The position numbers and the translations under genes were made by a program. The notes beneath the pieces are model-generated. The model saw only the letters and a program-made list of their open reading frames with translations. It ran no database searches and was not told the DNA's origin. A stretch of 63,699 nt of DNA, the filler included, from Octopus bimaculoides (Eukaryota): NCBI RefSeq assembly GCF_001194135.2. It is 6 parts of 6 records of this genome, joined end to end, with 100 filler letters (N's around TTAATTAATTAA, not from the genome) between each part and the next. Parts side by side here need not be neighbours in the genome. Positions count along the whole stretch, not along the records: positions 44,196 to 60,360 come from NC_068991.1; positions 60,461 to 63,699 come from NW_026373658.1; 4 more parts are not named here. One strand, given 5' to 3'. Shown piece after piece: positions 51,134 to 63,419 of this stretch; the stretch's first letter is position 1; every line of letters starts with the position of its first letter.

Positions 51134-51290
51134 GATGGATGGATGGATGTATGGATGGATGGATGCAGTACTAATTTGTTGGACAGTGTAGACCGTATAT
51201 GTATGTATGTATGTATGGATGGATGGATGGATGTATGGATGGATGGATGGATGGATGCATGAATGCATGTATGTATGTATGTATGTATGT
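50300..51290. repeat. Compound minisatellite: 31-bp constant core plus (GTAT)n(GGAT)n, period 82-86 bp
   Basis: AGTACTAATTTGTTGGACAGTGTAGACCGTA at 50300, 50382, 50468 and 51167, start of a further copy at 50554; a 542-N gap in the middle. Confidence 0.92.
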
Positions 51291-51658
51291 ATGAATGTAG
51301 GTAGGTAGGTAGGTAGGTACTACGTACGTAGGTCGGAATGTAGGTAGTGCGGCGTGTGTATATGTGTTTATATGAGCATGCACATTTACATACAAATGTT
51401 CATATACTATTGTGTGCATCAATGGCAAGTATGCTGTGTATTTCCATTGGCAGGCAGATACGCAGGCAGAAAGATTGTGAGATAAAGAGAAAGGGAAGGA
51501 CATAAACAAAGAAAAAAGAAGAAAGAGCTCGTGTGCAGATATAATATATTGGTTTGCAGACAGTGGACTCAGTTGCACAATATCAAATTAAATAAATGAA
51601 TACGGAAAATAAAATAAAGTAGAATGACTTTTTTCCTCTAATCTGTTGGCTGAAATTT

Positions 51659-51659
<1 letters not shown>

Positions 51660-51724
<65 letters not shown>

Positions 51725-51831
51725 ATCATGACGAACACGACGACCACCGCCACTACATCTTTAATAACAAGAACAACAGCAGCAGCAGCAGCAGCAGCGT
51801 CAACGACAACAACATCAACAACAACAACAAT

Positions 51832-51925
<94 letters not shown>
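51660..51925. repeat. Compound trinucleotide microsatellite (CTA)n/(AGC)n/(AAC)n/(AAT)n
   Basis: Direct reading. Confidence 0.95.
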
Positions 51926-51926
<1 letters not shown>

Positions 51927-52485
51927 TGGGCTGATTCAGAATGTCTGCATCGATCTGGACAGTAGTTTTATTTTACTTGTTCCCGCCTCATATGATTTCA
52001 ATGTTCCATTCAATCCTGCTAAACCATTAGTTTGTTGTGGAGATTTATTGTCTTATTCTGATAAATTCTGATCGATTTTTATCTCTGTGTGCATATGTGT
52101 GCGTGTGTGTGTATGTGTGTGTCTCTTCCTTTTCCAAGTTTGTTACGAACAGATAAATGTGTCTCTGTTGGTCCCTGTTGCCATAAAATGAAGTACAGTA
52201 TACGGCGTACTAAACATGGCAAGACGAAGAAAATATGTGACAAACAATACAAGAAAAACCACAACAACAACAACAACAACAACTACGAGTAGAAGAAGAA
52301 GAAATAGAAATTAGTTCCAATGTGTGCTTAATTTCTAAATAAATTGACAAATTCTTGTGAGTTCGGTTAAAATAAGTAATCTTTGAAATTGTTATTGAAT
52401 AATTTATTTGTTTTATTTATTCTAATTAAGTTACGACCATTCTAGTAAAAAGAGTAGAGTGGCGGAATAAAGGTCTTCAACTTAC

Positions 52486-52668
52486 TGATGTCTCTTCGGG
52501 ATCTGATTTGACGCCTCACTAGAAGTTATCTCTGATCCCTCTCCACTTGATGCATTAGAAGTTATCTCTGATCCCTCTCCACTTGATGCATTATGCACCA
52601 ATTGTGTATTGTCGATGAGTGAATCGTCTAATATAGGCTGATTCGTTTGTGAAGGAATCACTACCACC

Positions 52669-52702
<34 letters not shown>

Positions 52703-52906
52703 TCATCATCATAAGCAGCAGCAGCAGCAGCAGCAGCACCACCACCACCACCACCACGAATGGTCTTAATCGTTGCTTTCATTTGGATATTCGTGAATAT
52801 TATCTCAGGGCTGTGCCAGATATGCGAGTATCTGGTATGTCGTGCACTCATCACATATGCATTTTGTGGAGTGACCAGCAACTGATCAGAGCTGAAGTGC
52901 TTTGTG
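52486..52906 (-). other. Candidate exon of an unidentified minus-strand transcript
   Basis: Acceptor CTTTCTTTTTCTGTAG| at 52907 and donor CA|GTAAGT at 52485; contains a perfect 36-bp tandem duplication (52520-52591); no single frame is open end to end. Confidence 0.35.
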
Positions 52907-53530
52907 CTACAGAAAAAGAAAGCTTAGTTCATGGCACTTAGCTTTGGTAAGCTTATGCAATGAAAGATCGATAGAGATTCTGAAGTTTAGCATTTGTATT
53001 AACATAAAGTTTTAGTTGTGTGTTCTTCCTGAGTACTAAAGTGAAGATTTTTGTGTGTTTTCATATGTGTTAAATATTGCTAGGTCTTTCTTGGAGAATG
53101 TTTTCAAAATTTTTGTGAAGTAAGTACAAATCTGGTTTGAGGTGACTGGGTTATGTGTGAGTGAGACTCATTCAGAAATTGAAGTAGTTGTTGACATTGA
53201 TGTAGTTATTTTTAAGCCACAGACAAGCTCTAGTCGAGAAGCCCTCGGAGCAAAGGTGTTCATGTTTTGACTTTAAGACTTTGTTTTCACGTACCCTGTA
53301 TACCTAGAACTACATTATTCATTGAGCGCATAATAAAAATCCACATTTTTTTGCTTTATATTCATATGATCTCTCTCCTCTTACTAGTGTTGTGCTTTTT
53401 TTATCAATTTCTTTCCTATTTTTATCCTTACACTTTACATTGCGGATTGACTTTTATAAATATATGTGTATATGTGTGCACGCAACACACTCGTGTGTGT
53501 ATGCCTACTTGTATGAGCATACATACACAC

Positions 53531-53583
<53 letters not shown>

Positions 53584-54123
53584 TATATATATATAGTTAC
53601 TTGGAAATGGATGCGTGGCGTTCAATTAAATAATAATATAAATGTTATATATATATGTGTATATATATATATATATANNNNNNNNNNNNNNNNNNNNNNN
53701 NNNNNNNNNNNNNNNNNNNNNNNNNNNNNNNNNNNNNNNNNNNNNNNNNNNNNNNNNNNNNNNNNNNNNNNNNNNNNNNNNNNNNNNNNNNNNNNNNNNN
53801 NNNNNNNNNNNNNNNNNNNNNNNNNNNNNNNNNNNNNNNNNNNNNNNNNNNNNNNNNNNNNNNNNNNNNNNNNNNNNNNNNNNNNNNNNNNNNNNNNNNN
53901 NNNNNNNNNNNNNNNNNNNNNNNNNNNNNNNNNNNNNNNNNNNNNNNNNNNNNNNNNNNNNNNNNNNNNNNNNNNNNNNNNNNNNNNNNNNNNNNNNNNN
54001 NNNNNNNNNNNNNNNNNNNNNNNNNNNNNNNNNNNNNNNNNNNNNNNNNNNNNNNNNNNNNNNNNNNNNNNNNNNNNNNNNNNNNNNNNNNNNNNNNNNN
54101 NNNNNNNNNNNNNNNNNNNNNNN

Positions 54124-54257
54124 AGAGAAAAGATAAAAGCGAGAGATATAGGAGACGTGCATTCCTGAGAATGTATGTGCAGGAAAGAAACATGGTCACG
54201 TGAGGAAAAGAAAGATGGACGATGGTCACGTTTTAGCAACGAGAAAGAGAAAAACAG

Positions 54258-54293
<36 letters not shown>

Positions 54294-54567
54294 TTTATAT
54301 TATTTAATTGAACGCCAAGTAAGTTTATCTTAACCTTTTTGATGCAACTCTACTCTATACTGTCTTCTGCCCTATCTTCTGTAATCCCCTTTTCTCCCTT
54401 TCATCGTTTTCTATCTGACTCTCTTCTCTCGTTCTCCTTTTCTCTCTCACTTTGCTCACACATGACCATCGTCCATCTTTCATTTCCTCACATCACTATC
54501 TTTCTTTCCTGCACGGACGTTCTTAGAACTGGACATCTCCTATATCTCTCTTTTGTATCTTTTCTCT
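54124..54567. repeat. Inverted pair (~135 bp, roughly 75-80% identical by eye) of a Penelope-like terminal repeat
   Basis: 54124-54259 versus reverse complement of 54431-54567 (AGAGAAAAGATA...GAGAGATATAGGAGA...GTGCAGGAAAGAAA...GAAAGATGGACGATGGTCA). Confidence 0.8.
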
Positions 54568-54921
54568 TTTCAAAGAAAATATTTCTCTCAGTGTTCACTG
54601 TTTTACCCTCGTTTAGGTCTAACGACGTTCCATGTTTATTTTCGTTCGGTTTCTCTGTATGTCTTCACTGTCCTGTTATTTTTCCAAAGTTTGACCCTAC
54701 ATAAATACAAAATTTTATTTCGGTATTTATGGGAGCAACTGTCTTCGAAGACTCATATTGTCTTTGATTGCTCGAAATGAGGAGTAGATAGACAGCCAAC
54801 AACTGATGAAGGGCCATTCTTTGTATTTCTTGTCCTTTTTCTCTCTCGTTATTTGCTTATTTAACTCATTTGTGTTCGTATTTAATGTTGTTTACTGTTG
54901 GTGATGTCCTGTATCCATATA

Positions 54922-54998
<77 letters not shown>

Positions 54999-55010
54999 CA
55001 TCTATATTAT

Positions 55011-55064
<54 letters not shown>

Positions 55065-57290
55065 TCCTCAATTCTAATGAGATGCATAATTTTAGAAAAA
55101 TAATATATTTCTGTCAGATTTTATCAAATTATCAGATTTTTATTTTATGGTAAGTGTAAATATATAATTCATATAAAATATTTCAAGTAAAACCTTAAAT
55201 ATGGTTCTATTCCCTAAAACATTTTCTATATATTCTGTAATTTCACCAATGCGTATTTTAATACTTCGTCAGTATTTTATGCACACATTTGCGACTTTTA
55301 TTCGATAATCTGTAAATTAGAACATTCAAAACAGAATGTTGATTATTCGATATGTGCAGAAACAGTTCTACGAAGTTTCCTAGTATTTCTCTCAATTGTT
55401 CTATTTTTACTTTTTGATTTTTATATATCTAGAATGTTTACTCTCTCCAGTTATTCAAGTTTCCAATTCTTTTCTTTCTCGATTATTATCTCATCATTTA
55501 GGAAGTTTTGTCATGCTCAAATTGAAATTTTCAAAATATCTGAAGTGTTAGAGACATCACACAAAGAAAAGAAACTCGCTTTACTACCTTTTTAGTGAAA
55601 AAATTCCTCAACTTAGAGAAACTGTCATAGACTGACATAAAAAATTCTTACTTTCTGAGAAACTAAAATTACCAAAATTATGTGAATCTAGTCCAACTAA
55701 GCTTGTTAAAAACTGCTGTCGGTAAGAATTGAATTTATGATCTTCACTCATGTAATTTGGCAAGCAAAACTCTATTTAAAGTTTCGATATTCCATTGAAC
55801 TCTGCTACTGGTCAAAGATAAGAACATTACATTAAATGTGCTTGATAGTTCAGACAAAAATATATTAAGTATCGTTAGAATTTCTGNNNNNNNNNNNNNN
55901 NNNNNNNNNNNNNNNNNNNNNNNNNNNNNNNNNNNNNNNNNNNNNNNNNNNNNNNNNNNNNNNNNNNNNNNNNNNNNNNNNNNNNNNNNNNNNNNNNNNN
56001 NNNNNNNNNNNNNNNNNNNNNNNNNNNNNNNNNNNNNNNNNNNNNNNNNNNNNNNNNNNNNNNNNNNNNNNNNNNNNNNNNNNNNNNNNNNNNNNNNNNN
56101 NNNNNNNNNNNNNNNNNNNNNNNNNNNNNNNNNNNNNNNNNNNNNNNNNNNNNNNNNNNNNNNNNNNNNNNNNNNNNNNNNNNNNNNNNNNNNNNNNNNN
56201 NNNNNNNNNNNNNNNNNNNNNNNNNNNNNNNNNNNNNNNNNNNNNNNNNNNNNNNNNNNNNNNNNNNNNNNNNNNNNNNNNNNNNNNNNNNNNNNNNNNN
56301 NNNNNNNNNNNNNNNNNNNNNNNNNNNNNNNNNNNNNNNNNNNNNNNNNNNNNNNNNNNNNNNNNNNNNNNNNNNNNNNNNNNNNNNNNNNNNNNNNNNN
56401 NNNNNNNNNNNNNNNNNNNNNNNNNNNNNNNNNNNNNNNNNNNNNNNNNNNNNNNNNNNNNNNNNNNNNNNNNNNNNNNNNNNNNNNNNNNNNNNNNNNN
56501 NNNNNNNNNNNNNNNNNNNNNNNNNNNNNNNNNNNNNNNNNNNNNNNNNNNNNNNNNNNNNNNNNNNNNNNNNNNNNNNNNNNNNNNNNNNNNNNNNNNN
56601 NNNNNNNNNNNNNNNNNNNNNNNNNNNNNNNNNNNNNNNNNNNNNNNNNNNNNNNNNNNNNNNNNNNNNNNNNNNNNNNNNNNNNNNNNNNNNNNNNNNN
56701 NNNNNNNNNNNNNNNNTATATATATATATATATATGTATATATATAGTAACAATTTTATATTCGGGTATACACCCTGAAGTATGATGTTTAAAGCCCGTT
56801 CACAGTATTTGGCTATCTGAGGTCGACGACAGTATGAAGGTATATGCTACTGGATTTACTTCAGGAATGCTTTGGTGTCCGTAGAGTTTATTTAGAAAAA
56901 CAGAAAATGGAATTCATGAGACTCTCTATTCAGAACCTCTACGATCGTTTCAACCCATCATGCATCGGTGCCATACAGGTGAGATACTGTACAATCAATT
57001 GTCATGCACGATAGGTGCAGGTGTGTCTCCTCTGATGACTTTTTAAAAATAGTTCATTATGGAGACAGTTGTATATAAATTTCCAAAACGAAGGTGTCAG
57101 ATGTTACTGGGGATTCTTCGAACATATATTACCAATGGACCACGTGTTAAAGAGTGCAAAGATGGGTAACAACTCACTTTCAGTGATAATGGTTAGCTCT
57201 TATCAAAGTATATCCAAACATGCCCACCAGCTAATTGATAGTCCACTTTAGTATTACCAAATGCCAACACCGGTATTCGGTCTCTTACTC

Positions 57291-57512
57291 TTTCCATGGT
57301 TAGTGCTCTAGAACTGTTACTATGGTAATAGGCGCCGAGTGCCTGGTCCCACTGTATCCATTGTCCTTCGTGAGCAAGCACTACTACCTTTACACGACAA
57401 TCGTCCTCTCTTGACTCGTGGATCCTTTGTAATAAGAGCTCCCACTTACTTCTAACGTTTGTGTTTCATCCTTCTCTTGACACCGTAGTTGGCAAATCCT
57501 TGGTAGAATATT
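57291..57512 (-). mobile_element. Inverted duplicate of Hero segment 58238-58460
   Basis: About 220 bp, roughly 90% identical by eye to 58238-58460 in reverse orientation. Confidence 0.9.
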
Positions 57513-57539
57513 CATATGGATTCATTGAATATGAGGTTC

Positions 57540-58800
57540 CCCGTGGTAAATTTCACCATTAATTCGCAGTGACTGAAAAATGGTATTATAGCAGGATGCA
57601 ACATTTCTGTGATCCTATTTGTGGCGACCATAAACTCACTGCTAGAGATGGAATGAAACCAGTGGAGAGGACCCGAAACTAATGAAAATACTGGATACTC
57701 AGTCTGCAAGGCCGACCATCAGTGATGACATAACGGTCATGACACCATGAACCCAATGGATGCTGAGAACACTGAGCTCGCTGGAAAAGATACTTACATA
57801 GTCACATATAAAGTTCAATCCATCAAAATCTCGGTGGAAGTTTGATAAATGACATTTCAGTATTCAGTGATTTATGATTCTAAGAATGAAAATAAAAAGG
57901 AATCCAACAGGAACAATTACGACTGTACCCTTAAGGATATTGGCATCATCGGAGACCTACTAGACAATTGACTGAGAGCAGTTGATAAAAGCCGTCTTAT
58001 AATTATGGTATATTCAATTTAGGAACATACACACATGCCATGTCCATTTTCGAAGTTCTGCCGAATATTTTCATCAGTGATAGATGAATTCAAAGACACG
58101 AAGGCATGAACAATCTCACATTACTTCAGTCTGAGTATGAGAAAGTCAAACAAGCTAACAAGATCATAAAGTGCTACAGACTGTGGAAGGCCCGGGAAGA
58201 AAGCAGCAATATACTGGTGACACCAGGAGATTGTTGGAATATTCTATCAAGGATTTGGTAACTACGGTGTCAAGAGAAGGATAAAACACAAACGTTAGAA
58301 GTAAGTGGGAGCTCTTATTACAAAGGATCTGCGGGTCAAGAGAGGACGATCGTCGTGTAAAGGTAGTAGGGCTTGCCCACGAAGGACAATGGATATAATG
58401 GGACCAGGCACTCGAGCGCTTACAATCATAGTAACAGTTCCAGAGCACTAATCATGGAAAATTGTCCTTCTGCCTGCGTGCTGTCAATGATATCTTGCTT
58501 AACCCAAGTAAACTTAAAATATGAAACAAAAAGGAAGGTCCATCTTGCAAGCAATGTGGAAAGCACTTTGAACCATGAACCACATTGTGACCGGATGCGT
58601 TTGAGCACTGCTAGAAGGACAGCACAAGAGGAGTTGTGACAAAGTCTTTGAAGAAACTGCCAAATGGATAAACATGAAAACAGTTAAGGCTAACAAACAG
58701 TAGCCGCTACCACCCAAGAGTATCAGGTTGTTAAGGGAAGGTGACAAGACCCCGAAGACGAAAGTAAGGGAACCCTTCTTTATTTTGAATTCAGATACAG
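57540..58800 (+). mobile_element. Degenerate Hero-clade (RLE) non-LTR retrotransposon
   Basis: Fragmentary motifs in order: DDITVMT (RT), KFNPSKSR, AVDKSRL, EIVG, RRVKVVGLAHEGQW.WDQALER, KLSFCLRAVNDILLNPSKL, SCKQCG...NHIVTGC (CCHC), DKVFEETAKW. Confidence 0.75.
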
Positions 58801-58852
58801 ACAGGGGATTCCAAATGGCCTTCCAGTTAGTTCGACTCGCTATTTACTGGAG

Positions 58853-58896
<44 letters not shown>

Positions 58897-59272
58897 CATC
58901 ACCACCACCACCATCACCACCACCACCACCACCACCACCACCACCACCATCACCACGTAAACAAAACAACCTACAGATACAAGACTAACTCTATACAGCA
59001 TTTACCCGGTAAAATAAACTTCCACCAGCAAGCTAGAAAACCAAAGCATTACACACTCAACACACAATACAAGCAATAACACAACAAAAAACAACACCGC
59101 ACCTCAAAGAAAAAAGCTAACACAATACGGTACTGGGAAGAGTTCGCACACTCCAAACAGTAGAAGAGAGCACACAATGCTGCACACAACCCAGTAACAC
59201 GGTGTAACAGGCGATAAAATAGAAATTTGCCTCAATCTACCAAATATCAAACGGTTATATAATAATAACAAT

Positions 59273-59364
<92 letters not shown>

Positions 59365-59419
59365 TTTCTTTTATTTGTCACCAGGGCGAACACCGACAGA
59401 ACGATCTGGGCCAATCGAC

Positions 59420-59655
59420 TAGAGAAGAAAATACTTATAGACTAATAGATGTATATGTTCCCACTGATAAAAATGTATCTGTAAAGGAATTTGAAAAATT
59501 AAGTAAATATAAGGACCTTGAAATTGAAATACAAAAGATGTGGCATCTTAAAGCGAGAACTGTTGCTGTTATTGTGGGTGCCTTAGATATGATAATATCC
59601 CAGGAAAAATCCACAGGATTGTGCTAGTAAGTATTCCACACATCCTTAGAAAAAC
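59420..59655 (+). mobile_element. R4/Dong RLE endonuclease C-terminal fragment
   Basis: LIDVYVPTDKNVSVKEFEKLSKYKDLEIEIQKMWHLKARTVAVIVGALDMI; preceded by (AAC)n(AAT)n. Confidence 0.85.
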
Positions 59656-59819
59656 ACTATCAATTTAAATATATATGTTATATGACATAAAGATATTTCG
59701 CTACTGCCCCTCCCCCCTCCCCCCAAGCTTTCAGTCATACTGTAATAGCTCTTATCCTTCACTCGCCCAAGGGCGCTGGGTGTTTCTCAGCGAGTGATTG
59801 TAACATGCAGATATAAATG

Positions 59820-59907
<88 letters not shown>

Positions 59908-59939
59908 TAAAAGTAAACAACAATAATAATGATGATGAT

Positions 59940-60360
59940 GCCAAAGCAACCCTGGAAAGAGGAAAATTAGTTAAAAGTAGGAACATATCACTAGATAAAG
60001 CCAATGAAATAAGAGAACTAGACGAAAGCCAACCATACAAGTATTTAGGAGTCAATGAACTAGATAGGATACAACATACACAAATGAAAGAAAAAATAAA
60101 GAAAGAGTACTATAGCCGAGTTAGATCAATACTAAAAACAGAGCTCAATGCTAAAAACAAGATAATGGGTATCAACACTTTAGCTGTCCCAGTTATAAGC
60201 TACAGCTACAACATCCTTAACTGGACACTAAACGAACTATCTAAAATAAACAGGAAAACAAGAAAAATAATGACAGGATATAGGATGCACCACCCAAAAT
60301 CTGACATAGAAAGGCTATATATACAACGCACAGAAGGTGGCAGGGGTCTTATACAGCTAG
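59940..60360 (+). mobile_element. R4/Dong ORF fragment (RT thumb region), open frame running into a gap
   Basis: AKATLERGKL...YKYLGVNE...EYYSRVRSILKTELNAKNKIMGINTLAVPVISYS...HHPKSDIERLYIQRTEGGRGLIQL; a different subfamily from 20670-21725. Confidence 0.88.
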
Positions 60361-60404
60361 NNNNNNNNNNNNNNNNNNNNNNNNNNNNNNNNNNNNNNNN
60401 NNNN

Positions 60405-60416
60405 TTAATTAATTAA
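60405..60416. other. Assembly spacer TTAATTAATTAA
   Basis: 44 N + 12-mer + 44 N. Confidence 0.95.
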
Positions 60417-60460
60417 NNNNNNNNNNNNNNNNNNNNNNNNNNNNNNNNNNNNNNNNNNNN

Positions 60461-60519
<59 letters not shown>

Positions 60520-60740
60520 CAGCAGCAGCAGTAGTAGTAGTAGTAGTAGTAGTAGTAATAGTAGTAGTAGTAGCACTGATGGCCATGACAATTATAATCT
60601 TGATGATGATGGTGATGATGATGGTGATGATGATGGTGATGATGGTGATGATGATGACGATGACGATGATGATGATGACGATGATGATGATGATGATGAT
60701 GATGGTAACAATGATGACGATGATCATAATGTTATTGATG
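60461..60740. repeat. (AGT)n/(GAT)n compound microsatellite
   Basis: Direct reading. Confidence 0.9.
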
Positions 60741-60862
60741 AANNNNNNNNNNNNNNNNNNNNNNNNNNNNNNNNNNNNNNNNNNNNNNNNNNNNNNNNNN
60801 NNNNNNNNNNNNNNNNNNNNNNNNNNNNNNNNNNNNNNNNNNNNNNNNNNNNNNNNNNNNNN

Positions 60863-60917
<55 letters not shown>

Positions 60918-61597
60918 TATATATATGTATATACGATTTAATTAGAGGATGTTTTAACCTCGTGATAAGAGATGGTTGCTTCCAAGGAAACACTGGTTCA
61001 ATACCTAGTATTGTTTGAGGGGGTGGAATGAAATTTCCTTAAAACAACAGATATATTATGAAGCAAATATAGTTTATATCCCAGTTAAAAGAAGAACGTA
61101 AAACGGAGTCAAAGAACTTAGCCATTATTTATTATTAACAATAAATAGGCCATCTTCGCTTCTTACGGCCGTTTCAATTAATACTCAATAATTTAATTAC
61201 GAATTTGTGCATTAAATCTGCATTTTATGTGACGTGAACATAATTTCATTAGGGGAAAAGACGTACCTTCAGCTGTTATAAGCCGACCTATCAAACTCTT
61301 TCACCAGTGAATATTCAGATGACCATTTCAGATGACCAATTTGTTGATAATAAATAAATGTCGACTTCATAATCTCCATTTTCTTTTCTTCTTTTAACTA
61401 TATAGATATATATTGCTAGTTTTGTTTGAGCTACAATGGCTATGGCCATGCTGGAGCTTAGTATATGCTGCAGATGGAAACGGACGACGGGGTTCTTGAG
61501 GGGTTTTTTTTTATTGTTGTTTTCGCTTTCTAAGGTTGTGGTTTTATATAAACTTGGCTATTGCTATTTTTATCAGAGGGGGTAACTACGTTGAGAC

Positions 61598-61799
61598 TTT
61601 CTCTCTCTCTCTCTCTGTCTTTCTTTCTCTCTCGCTCGCTTCTACGTTCTCCCTCTCTCTCTCTCTTTCTCTCTCTTTTTCTCTCTCTTTCTGTCTTTCT
61701 TTCTCTCTCGCTCGATTCTACGTTTTCTCTCTCTCTCTCTTTCTCTTTCTCTCTTTCTCTCTCTCTTTCTCACTCTCTCTCTCTCTCTTTCTCTTTCTC

Positions 61800-61831
<32 letters not shown>

Positions 61832-61944
61832 ACTGTGTGACTGTCTCTTTTTCACAGTGTTCTCTCTCTGTCGCTGTGTGTGCTTCTCTTTCTCTCTCTG
61901 TCCTACACTCTCTCTGTCTCTCTCTCTTTCGCCTTGTCTCTCTT

Positions 61945-61984
<40 letters not shown>

Positions 61985-62738
61985 CACACATCTTTGGCTG
62001 GTTGAGATAGAGAGGTGAGAGTTAGTCAGGGAGAAAGAGAGGAAAGAGACAGAAAGAGAGATAGAGAGACAGAGAGAGCCAAAAGAGATGGTAGAGACAC
62101 ACAGAACAAAGAGAGAGCAGAGAGGGAGAGAGAGGAGAAGAGAAAGAGAGAGGAGAAGAGAAAGAGAGAGGAGAAGAGAAAGAGAGGGGAGAAGAGAAAG
62201 AGAGAGGAGAAGAGAAAGAGAGAGGAGAAGAGAAAGAGAGAGGAGAAGAGAAAGAGAGAGGAGAAGAGAAAGAGAGAGGAGAAGAGAAAGAGAGCGGTAG
62301 AGTGAGGGAGAGAGAAACCAGAGAGAGAAAGAGAGTCAGGGAGAGACATAGGGTTTAGAGTGAGCTGAGAGAGAGAGAGAGAGAGAGAGAGGGGGAGAGT
62401 AATTAGAGAGCAAATGGAGAGAGAATGATATAGGGATGGAGGAAGAGTGAGAGAGTGAGAAACAGAGAGAGGAGGAGCAGAGAGAATTAGAGAGCTGATG
62501 GAGAGAGAGAGAGAGAAAGAGAGGGAGCAGATAGAGTTAGACAGACAGACAGATATAGAGAGAAGAGATAGTGAGAGAGCAGAGAGTAAGGGGGAGAGAG
62601 AGGGAGTAGATAGAGAAGAGAGACACAGACAGAGAGAATAGATCAGAGAGAGAGAGAGACGGAGAGAGAGAGACGGAGAGAGAGAGAGAGAGACGGAGAG
62701 AGAGAGACAACAAAGATAAACTGAGCAGATAGATAGAT

Positions 62739-62775
<37 letters not shown>

Positions 62776-62963
62776 GACAGAAAGTGCATATAGTAAGACA
62801 AAGAGAGAGAGAGAGAGGCCGAGGGAGAAGAGAGACAGAGAGAGGGTGAAAGAGAGAGAGAGACAGAGAGTGCATATAGTTAGAGAAACAGAAAGAGAGA
62901 GAGGGGGCGAAGGAGAGAGACAAAGACAGAGAGACAGATAAACAGAGAGAGCATATAGTAAGA

Positions 62964-62998
<35 letters not shown>

Positions 62999-63105
62999 NN
63001 NNNNNNNNGAGAGAGAGAGAGAGAGAGAAGAAGAGAGAGAGAGAAGAAGAAGAGAGAGAGAGAGAGAGAGAGAAGAAGAAAAGAGAGAGAGAGAGAGAGA
63101 AAAGC
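61598..63105. repeat. Large (CT)-rich then (GA)-rich low-complexity block, including an 18-bp minisatellite GAGGAGAAGAGAAAGAGA
   Basis: Pyrimidine tract ~61598-61982, purine tract ~62030-63105; 18-bp unit repeated about nine times at ~62130-62293. Confidence 0.92.
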
Positions 63106-63283
63106 AGATGGAATATTTATTTTGCTCCTAGTTACGTGAAAGCGAAAAAGATGCAGGATATAAACAAGAGAATGGATTTCGTGTAAACCTCTCACAAATA
63201 CGGAAAGAGCTCTTAAAAGTTTTCGACAAACTCCGTATGGGTATAGCACACACACACACACAAACACACATACACACAAATAT

Positions 63284-63321
<38 letters not shown>

Positions 63322-63419
63322 TGATAGATATACATATATACATACACATGTGTATGTATATGTGTATATGTCTATCCGTCATTCAATCTGTATGTACATA
63401 TATATATACCTATATATAG

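Noticed and set aside
50300-51290. CRISPR array
   Set aside because: Spacers are homologous microsatellites rather than unique sequences, there are no cas genes, and the context is eukaryotic.
52079-52282. Downstream partner exon for the 52486-52906 candidate
   Set aside because: Two possible acceptors exist but they give low-complexity or quickly terminating peptides and no convincing donor.
11095-60416. Recurring TTAATTAATTAA 12-mer at five sites
   Set aside because: Always centred in 44 N + 44 N, giving exactly 100 bp, and has stops in all six frames: an artificial contig spacer, not biology.
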